Sequence record: PQ741806.1
Length of the DNA: 64,000 nt
Direction: 5' to 3' (one strand)
Positions within the stretch are counted from its first letter, which is position 1. The number at the start of each line of letters is the position of its first letter. Below are positions 56,530 to 64,000 of the stretch, in pieces. Both the position numbers and the translations under genes were made by a program. The notes under the pieces are model-generated. The model ran no database searches. It was not told the origin of the DNA and saw only the letters and a list, made by a program, of their open reading frames with translations.

Positions 56530-56964
56530 CTAATATAGGTCTTCACTAAATAAATATTTAGTTACTAATCTATTTTCTAATTCAGCTCGATATAACTGAT
56601 TATTATTCTTAGCGATAATTACTGCTTCTTCCCTAGAGTGGAAGTTTTCATACTGATCAATAAAACCTTGTTCATGATCATCTCCTGCATATTCATGCAA
56701 TACCTTAAGACCACCATACATTAGCTGTTGTTGAGTCATTATGATTGATGAATGCCTCGCTGCAATGAAATAAACATCCTTCCATCTATTGCAGGCGGCA
56801 ACTATCCTTAATTTCACATCGGGATGTTGTTCCCACCACCATAGACCAGTTTCCTCATTCCAATACCTTTCTTTCATTTGAGTTTTTCTAAACTCACCTT
56901 GTATGTCTAAAAGTCTAAATGCCTCTTCTTTAGACATAGCTTGTAGAATAGGATACTTATCCAT
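56530..56964 (-). CDS. Conserved phage hypothetical protein
   Basis: EQGFIDQYENFHSREEA...LFSEDLY family motif. Confidence 0.85.
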   Translation of the reverse strand: MDKYPILQAMSKEEAFRLLDIQGEFRKTQMKERYWNEETGLWWWEQHPDVKLRIVAACNRWKDVYFIAARHSSIIMTQQQLMYGGLKVLHEYAGDDHEQGFIDQYENFHSREEAVIIAKNNNQLYRAELENRLVTKYLFSEDLY

Positions 56965-56993
56965 TTAATACAGATACCTAATTGCGAAATAGA

Positions 56994-57013
56994 AAGAGCC
57001 CCGAAGGGCTCTT
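56994..57013 (-). terminator. Intrinsic terminator
   Basis: AAGAGCCC-cgaa-GGGCTCTT. Confidence 0.85.
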
Positions 57014-57014
57014 A

Positions 57015-57371
57015 TTATACAAGTAGCTTTTCAATAGTGAAGCTTGTCCAGACCATTGCCCTATAACCAACACTCTCTTCAGTATAAGTGATATCATCAA
57101 ACTTATTAGGTGGCATGAAACCACGTTGTGTACTAGCATCAGTCACAACAAGATTAGAATCTTTTAAAGTTTCATTTAGAGCCTTAAGTTTATCCTTACT
57201 AATTGATCCCTTAACATGGAACTTAAAATAAGCATAGCCTTTATGATTGATACGACAACTGTCAAGAACAGTTTGTTTATCATTCATTTGACTCATCAGA
57301 TCACTAATAACTGCATCATCTTCAGGAGTATCGTCATTGACAATATTGATTAATTCAATATAAGTTGGCAT
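57015..57371 (-). CDS. Hypothetical protein, probably late-expressed
   Basis: 118-aa ORF; TATGTAG at 57398-57404 and AAGGA RBS. Confidence 0.8.
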   Translation of the reverse strand: MPTYIELINIVNDDTPEDDAVISDLMSQMNDKQTVLDSCRINHKGYAYFKFHVKGSISKDKLKALNETLKDSNLVVTDASTQRGFMPPNKFDDITYTEESVGYRAMVWTSFTIEKLLV

Positions 57372-57428
57372 TCTTTTTGTTTCCTTAATTAGATAAACTA
57401 CATAAGATAATTTTTAATTGATATTCTA

Positions 57429-58325
57429 TTAAATTTTCAATAGGAACCCATTGTGATTAAATGAGATAATACAGTTATGCCCCATCATGACAGTATGATA
57501 AGATACTATATTGTCACGTGTATTATTTGAAATCTTGTTCACCTTAAATTCATTCATGATCGCATTATGAATGGCTAAGTCTTTTTCTCGATACTGGTTT
57601 GAAAAAATAATAGAAGTAGGGTTAATATTGATAGTATCCATTGCATTAAGAAAATCTTCAACATCAAACTTTTTAATAGTTTCAGATTTTCCAACACAAC
57701 ATTCGGTTTTATCAATTAATGAAAAACCAATAGTCCTAATTGGTTCATCCTTATTATGGAAGCTATAATTGGTAATGCTCATACCTATCAATAGTCCATT
57801 TTTATCTACATTAACTACTTTAGAATCAGTGTACTTATAAATATCACTGATTGCATAACCAGCCGAATACAATACATCTTTAAAATGACTAGTTACTTTA
57901 TCAATAATAAAGTTTTGATAATCTGTTTGATATAGTTTATCACTATGTTCAAGCTTTTTGATAATATCACTTAGTTCATGATACACGTTAGTGCAACTAT
58001 TCGAAAAATAATTATCTTTTATTCCTAAACTAGTTAACAGGTCTAGTTGGATTTCTTTTTTAGATAGTTTCGTAGAATTACTAAGTTTTTCAATGACGGA
58101 TGTAATTGTACGTAGATCAATTGCTAGTGAAAGTGATTTAAAGATATTATTAATTGGTGTATCAGATAGCTTTGAAATAGCTATTAGTAGATTATCTAAT
58201 TCATCATTAGTAATTTTCAGTTCTTTCACAATATCATTATATTCAATTAGTTTACCATCAATAATATTACAGATTAGAAGTTTATGTAATTCTTTAATAG
58301 TGGTATTAACTTGTAGATTATTCAT
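57429..58325 (-). CDS. Hypothetical protein
   Basis: 298-aa very AT-rich ORF. Confidence 0.8.
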
Positions 58326-58345
58326 TTTTTTACCTTTTAGTTAAT

Positions 58346-58783
58346 TTAAAATTTATTTACAGCTCTAAGAAAATATTCAGATGGATCATCGAAGAAGACA
58401 ATACTATCAACAACACTATTTTGTCGAGTACACCTTACTTTGATAAGATTATATTCTCTGAATTTATTAAGCCCCCAAGCTTCTTTAGCACGATGGCGTA
58501 ACCCACTACCAACAATAGCCCCATACCTAGTTTGTTCAACAAATAAATAAACATCCCAGCCATGATGATTATCATGGTATTTTGCGTAGTATTTATTGTC
58601 TTTAGTTTTGTTTAAACTAAGACTATACCTTTCTGTCTGTAGTTGATTAATATTCGATTTAATCATTTCATTTAATTTGGGTTCCACTGTATGAATGACA
58701 TCGCCAGCAGTAGTGGCCATTACCTTTAGTTTGTGGTGCACGTTCGTAAGAACGTCCTCCCAAATGTTAGTAACTACGTCCAT
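58346..58783 (-). CDS. Hypothetical early protein
   Basis: 145-aa ORF behind promoter 58829. Confidence 0.8.
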   Translation of the reverse strand: MDVVTNIWEDVLTNVHHKLKVMATTAGDVIHTVEPKLNEMIKSNINQLQTERYSLSLNKTKDNKYYAKYHDNHHGWDVYLFVEQTRYGAIVGSGLRHRAKEAWGLNKFREYNLIKVRCTRQNSVVDSIVFFDDPSEYFLRAVNKF

Positions 58784-58828
58784 CTATTAAAACCTCGACA
58801 CATTAATTTGATTTTGTAATACACACAT

Positions 58829-58853
58829 GTAATATAGATCTCAAATAAAATTT
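58829..58853 (-). promoter_or_regulatory. Early promoter, type B
   Basis: AAATTTTATTTGAGATCTATATTAC. Confidence 0.75.
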
Positions 58854-58894
58854 AGTGCAATAGCCCTCCCCGAAGGGAGGGCTTTATGCTCTTA

Positions 58895-59224
58895 TTATCT
58901 GTTAACTACACGGTAATTATCAATAATAAAATCGATATGTTGTTCAACCTCAGCTAGGAAACACCCATAGGTGAATCGATCTAGTTTATTAAGGGCCTCA
59001 GTTAGTAGAGGTTCGATATAAATATTTACTTCAGCTGTTGAGGGTACTTCTACATATTTGTTTTCATATTCGGTGAGTTTCTCTTTTACTTTTGTCAATT
59101 GCTTTTTATAATAGATTTCCATAGCCAGTTCTTTATAAACTGAATGCACACCATTGCAAATGCTATAACCAAATGCCAGTCCGCCCAGCACCAGAATACC
59201 AGTAGAAATAGTGGACATATTCAT
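58895..59224 (-). CDS. N-terminally anchored early protein
   Basis: Hydrophobic N-terminus; first gene after promoter 59261. Confidence 0.8.
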   Translation of the reverse strand: MNMSTISTGILVLGGLAFGYSICNGVHSVYKELAMEIYYKKQLTKVKEKLTEYENKYVEVPSTAEVNIYIEPLLTEALNKLDRFTYGCFLAEVEQHIDFIIDNYRVVNR

Positions 59225-59260
59225 GGTATATCTCCTTTTTTCAAGATTGAATTCACTGTT

Positions 59261-59289
59261 GTAATATACTGTTTAAATATGTTTGAATA
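59261..59289 (-). promoter_or_regulatory. phiKZ-type early promoter
   Basis: TATTCAAACATATTTAAACAGTATATTAC, same core as 12144. Confidence 0.85.
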
Positions 59290-59353
59290 CAAAAAAACAC
59301 AATATAAAACCTCCCCGAAGGGAGGTATTTATGGTAACTTTGTAAAATACTTA

Positions 59354-59884
59354 TTATAGTTGAAAGTCTTTATCTTCTTCAATGATTTTATAACCTGGTG
59401 AATTAACTATATTTTTATTTAAACGAACTCGTTCATCTACTAAGTATTTAACTACTTTAAGTAATTGACTTATCGACAGGTCATTATTTCCATCAGTATC
59501 TGATTTAAAGATACGACCACTGGTAGGTGAAGAATTTGTAAAACAAATACTACTTTCATCATCTACATAAATATCGTAATACCATACTGCATGTGGCTTT
59601 TCAGTATTACTTATGACGAATACTAAAAATAGATCTTCATCATCACCTTGACCACACAGGATCCCGATATTTTTTCGATGCGTTATACCACCTGTAATTA
59701 CCAGGCCATTAACATCATCACTGAATTTAAATATACTATAACCACCTTCAAGTTTACCATTTTCAAAATACTGTAATAGTGCACCACCTACTACAGCACC
59801 CCATGAAAAGAAGTTATCTTTATTTAAAATATCAGTCATTTTAAAAATCCTCTTTGGGTTCAATAAGTCAAGAATAAAGAACAA
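59354..59884 (-). CDS. Hypothetical protein
   Basis: ORF; true start probably the internal MTDILNK. Confidence 0.75.
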   Translation of the reverse strand: MFFILDLLNPKRIFKMTDILNKDNFFSWGAVVGGALLQYFENGKLEGGYSIFKFSDDVNGLVITGGITHRKNIGILCGQGDDEDLFLVFVISNTEKPHAVWYYDIYVDDESSICFTNSSPTSGRIFKSDTDGNNDLSISQLLKVVKYLVDERVRLNKNIVNSPGYKIIEEDKDFQL

Positions 59885-60004
59885 ACATATCAGTTAGGAT
59901 ATTTTTTGTTTATTCCATAATTATCTTTTAGACTAAATATAAGTTATAAAACAACATAAAAAGAGAGAGGAATTTATCCTCTCTCTTTATGCAATCAAAT
60001 AGTT

Positions 60005-60127
60005 TTATTCTTTTTGCTTTTCTTTAGCTTCCCGCTTAGCTTTAAGCTCTGCGTTATTTAAACGCCATGCGGCTTGCATAGTAGCTAGATTGACAAATTT
60101 AGGCTGTTGCTTATTTTTAACTTTCAT
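60005..60127 (-). CDS. Small basic protein (40 aa, not in ORF track)
   Basis: MKVKNKQQPKFVNLATMQAAWRLNNAELKAKREAKEKQKE, ends at terminator. Confidence 0.55.
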   Translation of the reverse strand: MKVKNKQQPKFVNLATMQAAWRLNNAELKAKREAKEKQKE

Positions 60128-60198
60128 TTAATTATTCCAAATTTATTTCGAATGGTTAATCTAAACTATTAAATTGCTTCGTACTCTTCATACATTGT

Positions 60199-60492
60199 TC
60201 AATCCTCATTTAGCTCAGCAATGTCTCTACTAATTTCAGTTAATTGTTCTTTTAATGAAATATTAATTTTAATCTCATTAAGAGTAAGTCTATTCCAACG
60301 CTTACGGGGATTACCACATAGCATACAACGAGACCTACCACAATTAAATGGATTATGTTTACGCCATTTACCTTTAGCTTTTGCTGAAGGATTGGTGTCG
60401 CCATAACGACTTGCGGCTAGTGAGACATAATAATTAACTATACGAGTATTGTGATGAAGATTGAGTTGTGCAGATAGTTTGTTGCTTGACAT
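60199..60492 (-). CDS. Basic Cys-motif protein
   Basis: CGRSRCMLCGNPRK motif. Confidence 0.75.
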   Translation of the reverse strand: MSSNKLSAQLNLHHNTRIVNYYVSLAASRYGDTNPSAKAKGKWRKHNPFNCGRSRCMLCGNPRKRWNRLTLNEIKINISLKEQLTEISRDIAELNED

Positions 60493-60581
60493 ATTTATAC
60501 CCCACCTTAATACCCCTACCCCAATATGGAGTAGGGTAACGTATGTAATGGAGTATATTAGATGAATATGTTTTTAACATA

Positions 60582-61076
60582 TTAACTTTCCATGATATCA
60601 AGAATATCTAGTAAACGGCCATGCACCGTCTTTAAGAAATTATAATCTTGATTATTTGTCCATCTAAAATGTTTTAATGCTTTGGTAGTATTTTCTAGGC
60701 AGTCGACATACTTATAAAGATTGATGGTATATGATCGATTATTAAGATTAGGATGAGTAGTAACTGGAATAATATAATTCAAGATAGTGTATTCATTAAC
60801 AATACGACTATTATCGTGTTCTACAATAATAGGCATTTTATCAATGTATTCTTGAGCTTCTTTTTCTTTTAGAATATAATCTTCCCGTTCAACAATCTCA
60901 TGTAATAATGGACCTAAGAAGTCCATTGGAATTTTACCATAGGTTTTGGTAAATTTCTTAATATCTTCATAAGTTACCTCTGGATTAGGATAGATATTAT
61001 CCTTACGATTAGTAACCATGTATAGTTTTTCTAGTACTAGGATATTCTCAATACATACTTCTTTTTTAAATAACAT
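60582..61076 (-). CDS. Hypothetical protein
   Basis: 164-aa ORF after AAGGA. Confidence 0.8.
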   Translation of the reverse strand: MLFKKEVCIENILVLEKLYMVTNRKDNIYPNPEVTYEDIKKFTKTYGKIPMDFLGPLLHEIVEREDYILKEKEAQEYIDKMPIIVEHDNSRIVNEYTILNYIIPVTTHPNLNNRSYTINLYKYVDCLENTTKALKHFRWTNNQDYNFLKTVHGRLLDILDIMES

Positions 61077-61136
61077 AGTATATTTCCTTTTAATAAGATG
61101 GTATTAGACTTTTTTCTTTATTGACTAATATTTTCT

Positions 61137-61859
61137 TCATTCGGTACCAGGTAGTTTTACGAATGTGTCGAGCTTGTACTGGTCAACAAAATGCCAGGCT
61201 AGGTCGGTAAGTGCATAGATGTCCGGACGTTTATATTTACCGAAGTTGGGTTTCTCTTTAGCCAGATGGAAGTCAATGAACCGATCCAGAACTGGGCAAC
61301 GATCAATCAGATCCTATTCAGTAGCTCCAACCTTAGCGTTAACCAATTCTTGGATACGTTTATACAAGATAGGATCTGACAGGATAGGTAACAGTTCATG
61401 GAAAACCATGGGCGGATGTTCATGGCTAGTCTCAACCCACAATGCTGCAAGGAGAGGACGCAATGAATAGAAGTATTTCTTCATCCGAACCTTCTCATCT
61501 GACAACCAACGCATTTTGTTTTGTTTGGCCATCGAGATATAATGCATGTAACTCGATACAATGGATCACCGAGTTCTGCCAAGCGCTCGTTGACCTTATC
61601 GAGGAAGTAAGGTGAGATCGGGTTGATAGCCTTACCAGCAGTATCCATCAGTAGATTGTCGATAAGGAATGCCGTGGTATATTTCCTGACAGCTGCTTCA
61701 AAATCAGCCATTGATTGATGGTAACCGAGAGCTGGAAGATCATCCAAATAGAGCTTCTTCATCTCAGTATAATTGGGTAAAGCGAACCATTGGGAGATAA
61801 CTTTCTCACCAACTTTGATATTTTCAATATTACTGGGTAGATCACTTTTTTACAAACAT
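61137..61859 (-). pseudogene. Decayed locus: frameshifted ORF fused to the 3' half of a YcgL/PF10127-like nucleotidyltransferase with an internal amber stop
   Basis: Extra A in an A6 run after ATG 61859; frame switch near 61570; HYISMAK...KKYFYSLRPLLAA...PPMVF; TAG at 61314 followed by in-frame DLIDRCPVLDRFI. Confidence 0.7.
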
Positions 61860-61887
61860 TTGGACCTCACATGTTTACGATATAAAA

Positions 61888-61907
61888 GGGAGTCCAAATG
61901 GACTCCC
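61888..61907 (-). terminator. Intrinsic terminator
   Basis: GGGAGTCCA-aa-TGGACTCCC with T-tract on minus strand. Confidence 0.85.
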
Positions 61908-61917
61908 GATATACTGT

Positions 61918-62430
61918 TTAACGACTCTGGTTTTCCGTAGTGGTGTGAACAATATAACCAGATCCCGTCTTGACAACAATGTCACCTGGATAAAGAGTAA
62001 TATACTTTCCATCAGTATCTGGATCATTGATCTGGAATACAGCATAATCGTGCTCGCTGGTCAGATCAGAGATCTTGAAGCCCGCAGTTTGAATCAGATC
62101 ACGAACAAAGACGATGTTGTCATCATGGTCACTCAGTACCCGAATAGGTTTACCGTCAAGTTCACCATTACCACAACGTTCAGCGAAGTCAATCTTGAAA
62201 CCGATCAGTTCTTTATGGTTGACAATGTGATCACCAACAACAGAACCCAATAGAGTCAACTCAATGCCGGAACCATCCGGGAAGTAATCAATCAGTCGAA
62301 GCTGTTCAAGATCGACGGCGCCAGCTTTAGATGGGATCTCACCTGGTTCACGGAAACCATGACGAACTAGTTGATATAGCGTGTCCAGAGCACCGCCATT
62401 TAAATCCCAACCAAGAGTAGACATAGTCAT
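61918..62430 (-). CDS. Hypothetical protein
   Basis: 170-aa ORF; LDTLYQLVRHG...GEIPSKAG motif. Confidence 0.8.
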   Translation of the reverse strand: MTMSTLGWDLNGGALDTLYQLVRHGFREPGEIPSKAGAVDLEQLRLIDYFPDGSGIELTLLGSVVGDHIVNHKELIGFKIDFAERCGNGELDGKPIRVLSDHDDNIVFVRDLIQTAGFKISDLTSEHDYAVFQINDPDTDGKYITLYPGDIVVKTGSGYIVHTTTENQSR

Positions 62431-62441
62431 TTCATTTTTCC

Positions 62442-62783
62442 TTATTTAAGTTTTTCTGTTTTACCAGCATCAAGCCACATGAATATCGGTGTCCTGAGAA
62501 TATTGTAGACCAACCATCCTTCCGAGATCAGTTCTTCCTCGAATTCAAGAGAAGTAGGCATGTCGTAGATAGCTTTGTATGGGATGACAATAGGCTCTTT
62601 CTCGGGCTTATTGAGAATCAATGCATCGTCAGTGTGTTCAAGCAATTGCTTTCGGCTAACAATTCCAAGACTGATACTGAATTCCCTACCTGGATCTTTC
62701 CCATTGAAAATACTGCATCGAGTTGCAGTATCAACTCGATCACCAGCGATACCGATTTTAAGTGGAGCAGGGTCTATACCCAT
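62442..62783 (-). CDS. Hypothetical protein
   Basis: 113-aa ORF after GAGGA. Confidence 0.75.
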   Translation of the reverse strand: MGIDPAPLKIGIAGDRVDTATRCSIFNGKDPGREFSISLGIVSRKQLLEHTDDALILNKPEKEPIVIPYKAIYDMPTSLEFEEELISEGWLVYNILRTPIFMWLDAGKTEKLK

Positions 62784-62859
62784 CAGTTCCTCGGCGAGTT
62801 AAAGTTGACGTTTAAGTTCGATAATGTTCATAAGAAGTATACCTCCAAAGGAAAATAAA

Positions 62860-62877
62860 GCCTCCCCGAAGGGAGGC
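62860..62877 (-). terminator. Intrinsic terminator after thyA
   Basis: GCCTCCC-cgaa-GGGAGGC. Confidence 0.85.
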
Positions 62878-62885
62878 GTTTTATG

Positions 62886-64000
62886 TTAAACAGCAACTTT
62901 ACCAGCAATGTGTGGATGATATTCATAGTTCTCGATAACAAAATCATCTACACCAATTTCCCGAATATCTTTACCAATAGCTTCTTCTTTAAAACGGATG
63001 GTAGGTAGAACCTTCGGTTCACGAGTTAATTGAAGATCAGTTTGTTCTTGGTGGTTAGAGTAAATATGTACATCACCACCAGTCCAGATAAACTCTTCAG
63101 CAATCATATTCATTTGGTTAGCTAACATATGGGTCAGCAGACTGTAGAACGTGATATTAAAAGGTTTTCCTAAGAAAGTATCACAAGATCTTTGATAGAG
63201 TTGGCAACTCAATGCACGTTTAGGAACACCATGTTGATCCAGCCATTCTACTACTGCTTCATCTGTAGCCTTTTCATAACCACGACAGACACGCAGAAGT
63301 GCTTTAACCTGCTCAGCACTATCGAATGGAGGTTGACCACGAGTAATCTCACCACTAATCTTATCATGATAAGCATCAGCTTCGAACTGGGTTTGGTCTA
63401 GAGCTTGCACTCGTTCATCTACGGTCAGTTCACGGGTCCAGAACTGAATAAATGCGTGGCAAGGTGGGAGTGCCTGCTCATCAATAAGATGTGGCGCCCA
63501 TGCACAAACAATGATCCGACGAGAATCCGGGTTGGTGCGAAGTTGATCGATGATGTCTTGGATTTGGTCGATACGTCGAGTAACCACGCATCGATCGGTT
63601 TCCATGGTTGTACCTGGGATATCCGCCACGAAGTCAAAACCACGCTTCTCATAATCAAACCACTCATATTTAGGGATTACACGAGTGTCTTCAAGATTAC
63701 GCCATGTCTTACCGTAAACAGCACCTAGATCGCCGCCGACCAGACGCTCTGGTTCTTTATGCATCAAAGCACGATACAGTCGCTTGTTATATTCAGCACG
63801 AATACCTTCAGGATTTTTGGCTTCATCGAACCCTTCAGTAGCGAACCTATTCCACGACGTTACGCTAACTCCAATGATGTATTGGATTTCCTCACGGTTA
63901 ACTGGATATTCATCCCAGAAGGCCTGAATAGTCTCTGGAGTCATACCCGACTCGAATTCCGCTACAGTCTCAATGAATGGAGTAGAGTCATCGTTCATAC
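62886..64000 (-). CDS. thyA: Thymidylate synthase, 5'-truncated by window edge
   Basis: LGAVYG, SRRII, ALPPCH, YQRSCD, PFNI, GDVHIYSNH; Asn at the N177-equivalent position suggests dUMP specificity. Confidence 0.95.
   Translation of the reverse strand, partial: MNDDSTPFIETVAEFESGMTPETIQAFWDEYPVNREEIQYIIGVSVTSWNRFATEGFDEAKNPEGIRAEYNKRLYRALMHKEPERLVGGDLGAVYGKTWRNLEDTRVIPKYEWFDYEKRGFDFVADIPGTTMETDRCVVTRRIDQIQDIIDQLRTNPDSRRIIVCAWAPHLIDEQALPPCHAFIQFWTRELTVDERVQALDQTQFEADAYHDKISGEITRGQPPFDSAEQVKALLRVCRGYEKATDEAVVEWLDQHGVPKRALSCQLYQRSCDTFLGKPFNITFYSLLTHMLANQMNMIAEEFIWTGGDVHIYSNHQEQTDLQLTREPKVLPTIRFKEEAIGKDIREIGVDDFVIENYEYHPHIAGKVAV

Noticed and set aside
36983-59884. ORF-track upstream starts at 37058, 49466 and 33617
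   Set aside because: These extensions cross terminators, promoters or neighbouring genes; downstream ATGs fit operon packing
61314-61316. Genome-wide amber (TAG) recoding
   Set aside because: TAG acts as a normal stop elsewhere (for example 11948, 27124), long genes show no internal TAG, and no suppressor tRNA is seen
61908-61922. Early-promoter-like TTTAAACAGTATATC
   Set aside because: Core lacks TATATTAC and would fire straight into the terminator; probably a remnant or chance match

Overview
64-kb segment of an AT-rich phiKZ-like jumbo myophage genome. It is Chimalliviridae-like by its terminase, TATATTAC early promoters and SxE-type head-protease sites, but chimallin and PhuZ are not in this window. 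The host is probably a gammaproteobacterium. Layout: terminase large subunit (+); a long minus-strand early/accessory block (2.2-16.5 kb) ending in DHFR; a plus-strand block (16.8-30.2 kb) with class Ia RNR (nrdA/nrdB), a glycine-zipper envelope protein, a protease-processed head protein, a kelch protein and six tRNAs; then a second minus-strand accessory block (30.3-64 kb). The second block holds an HslV-like Ntn peptidase, a Bcs1-like AAA+ ATPase, two ART-fold proteins, a Zn deaminase, an array of secreted two-Cys paralogues, a (p)ppGpp-hydrolase-like HD protein, a decayed nucleotidyltransferase and a 5'-truncated thyA. The most novel-looking signal is a set of ORF-less, structured mini-transcription units that sit behind the same TATGTA(G) motif that precedes the tRNAs and mostly end in their own terminators (candidate phage late sRNAs, one with anti-Shine-Dalgarno C-rich loops). 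All family assignments come from motif recognition by eye; no searches or folding programs were run.
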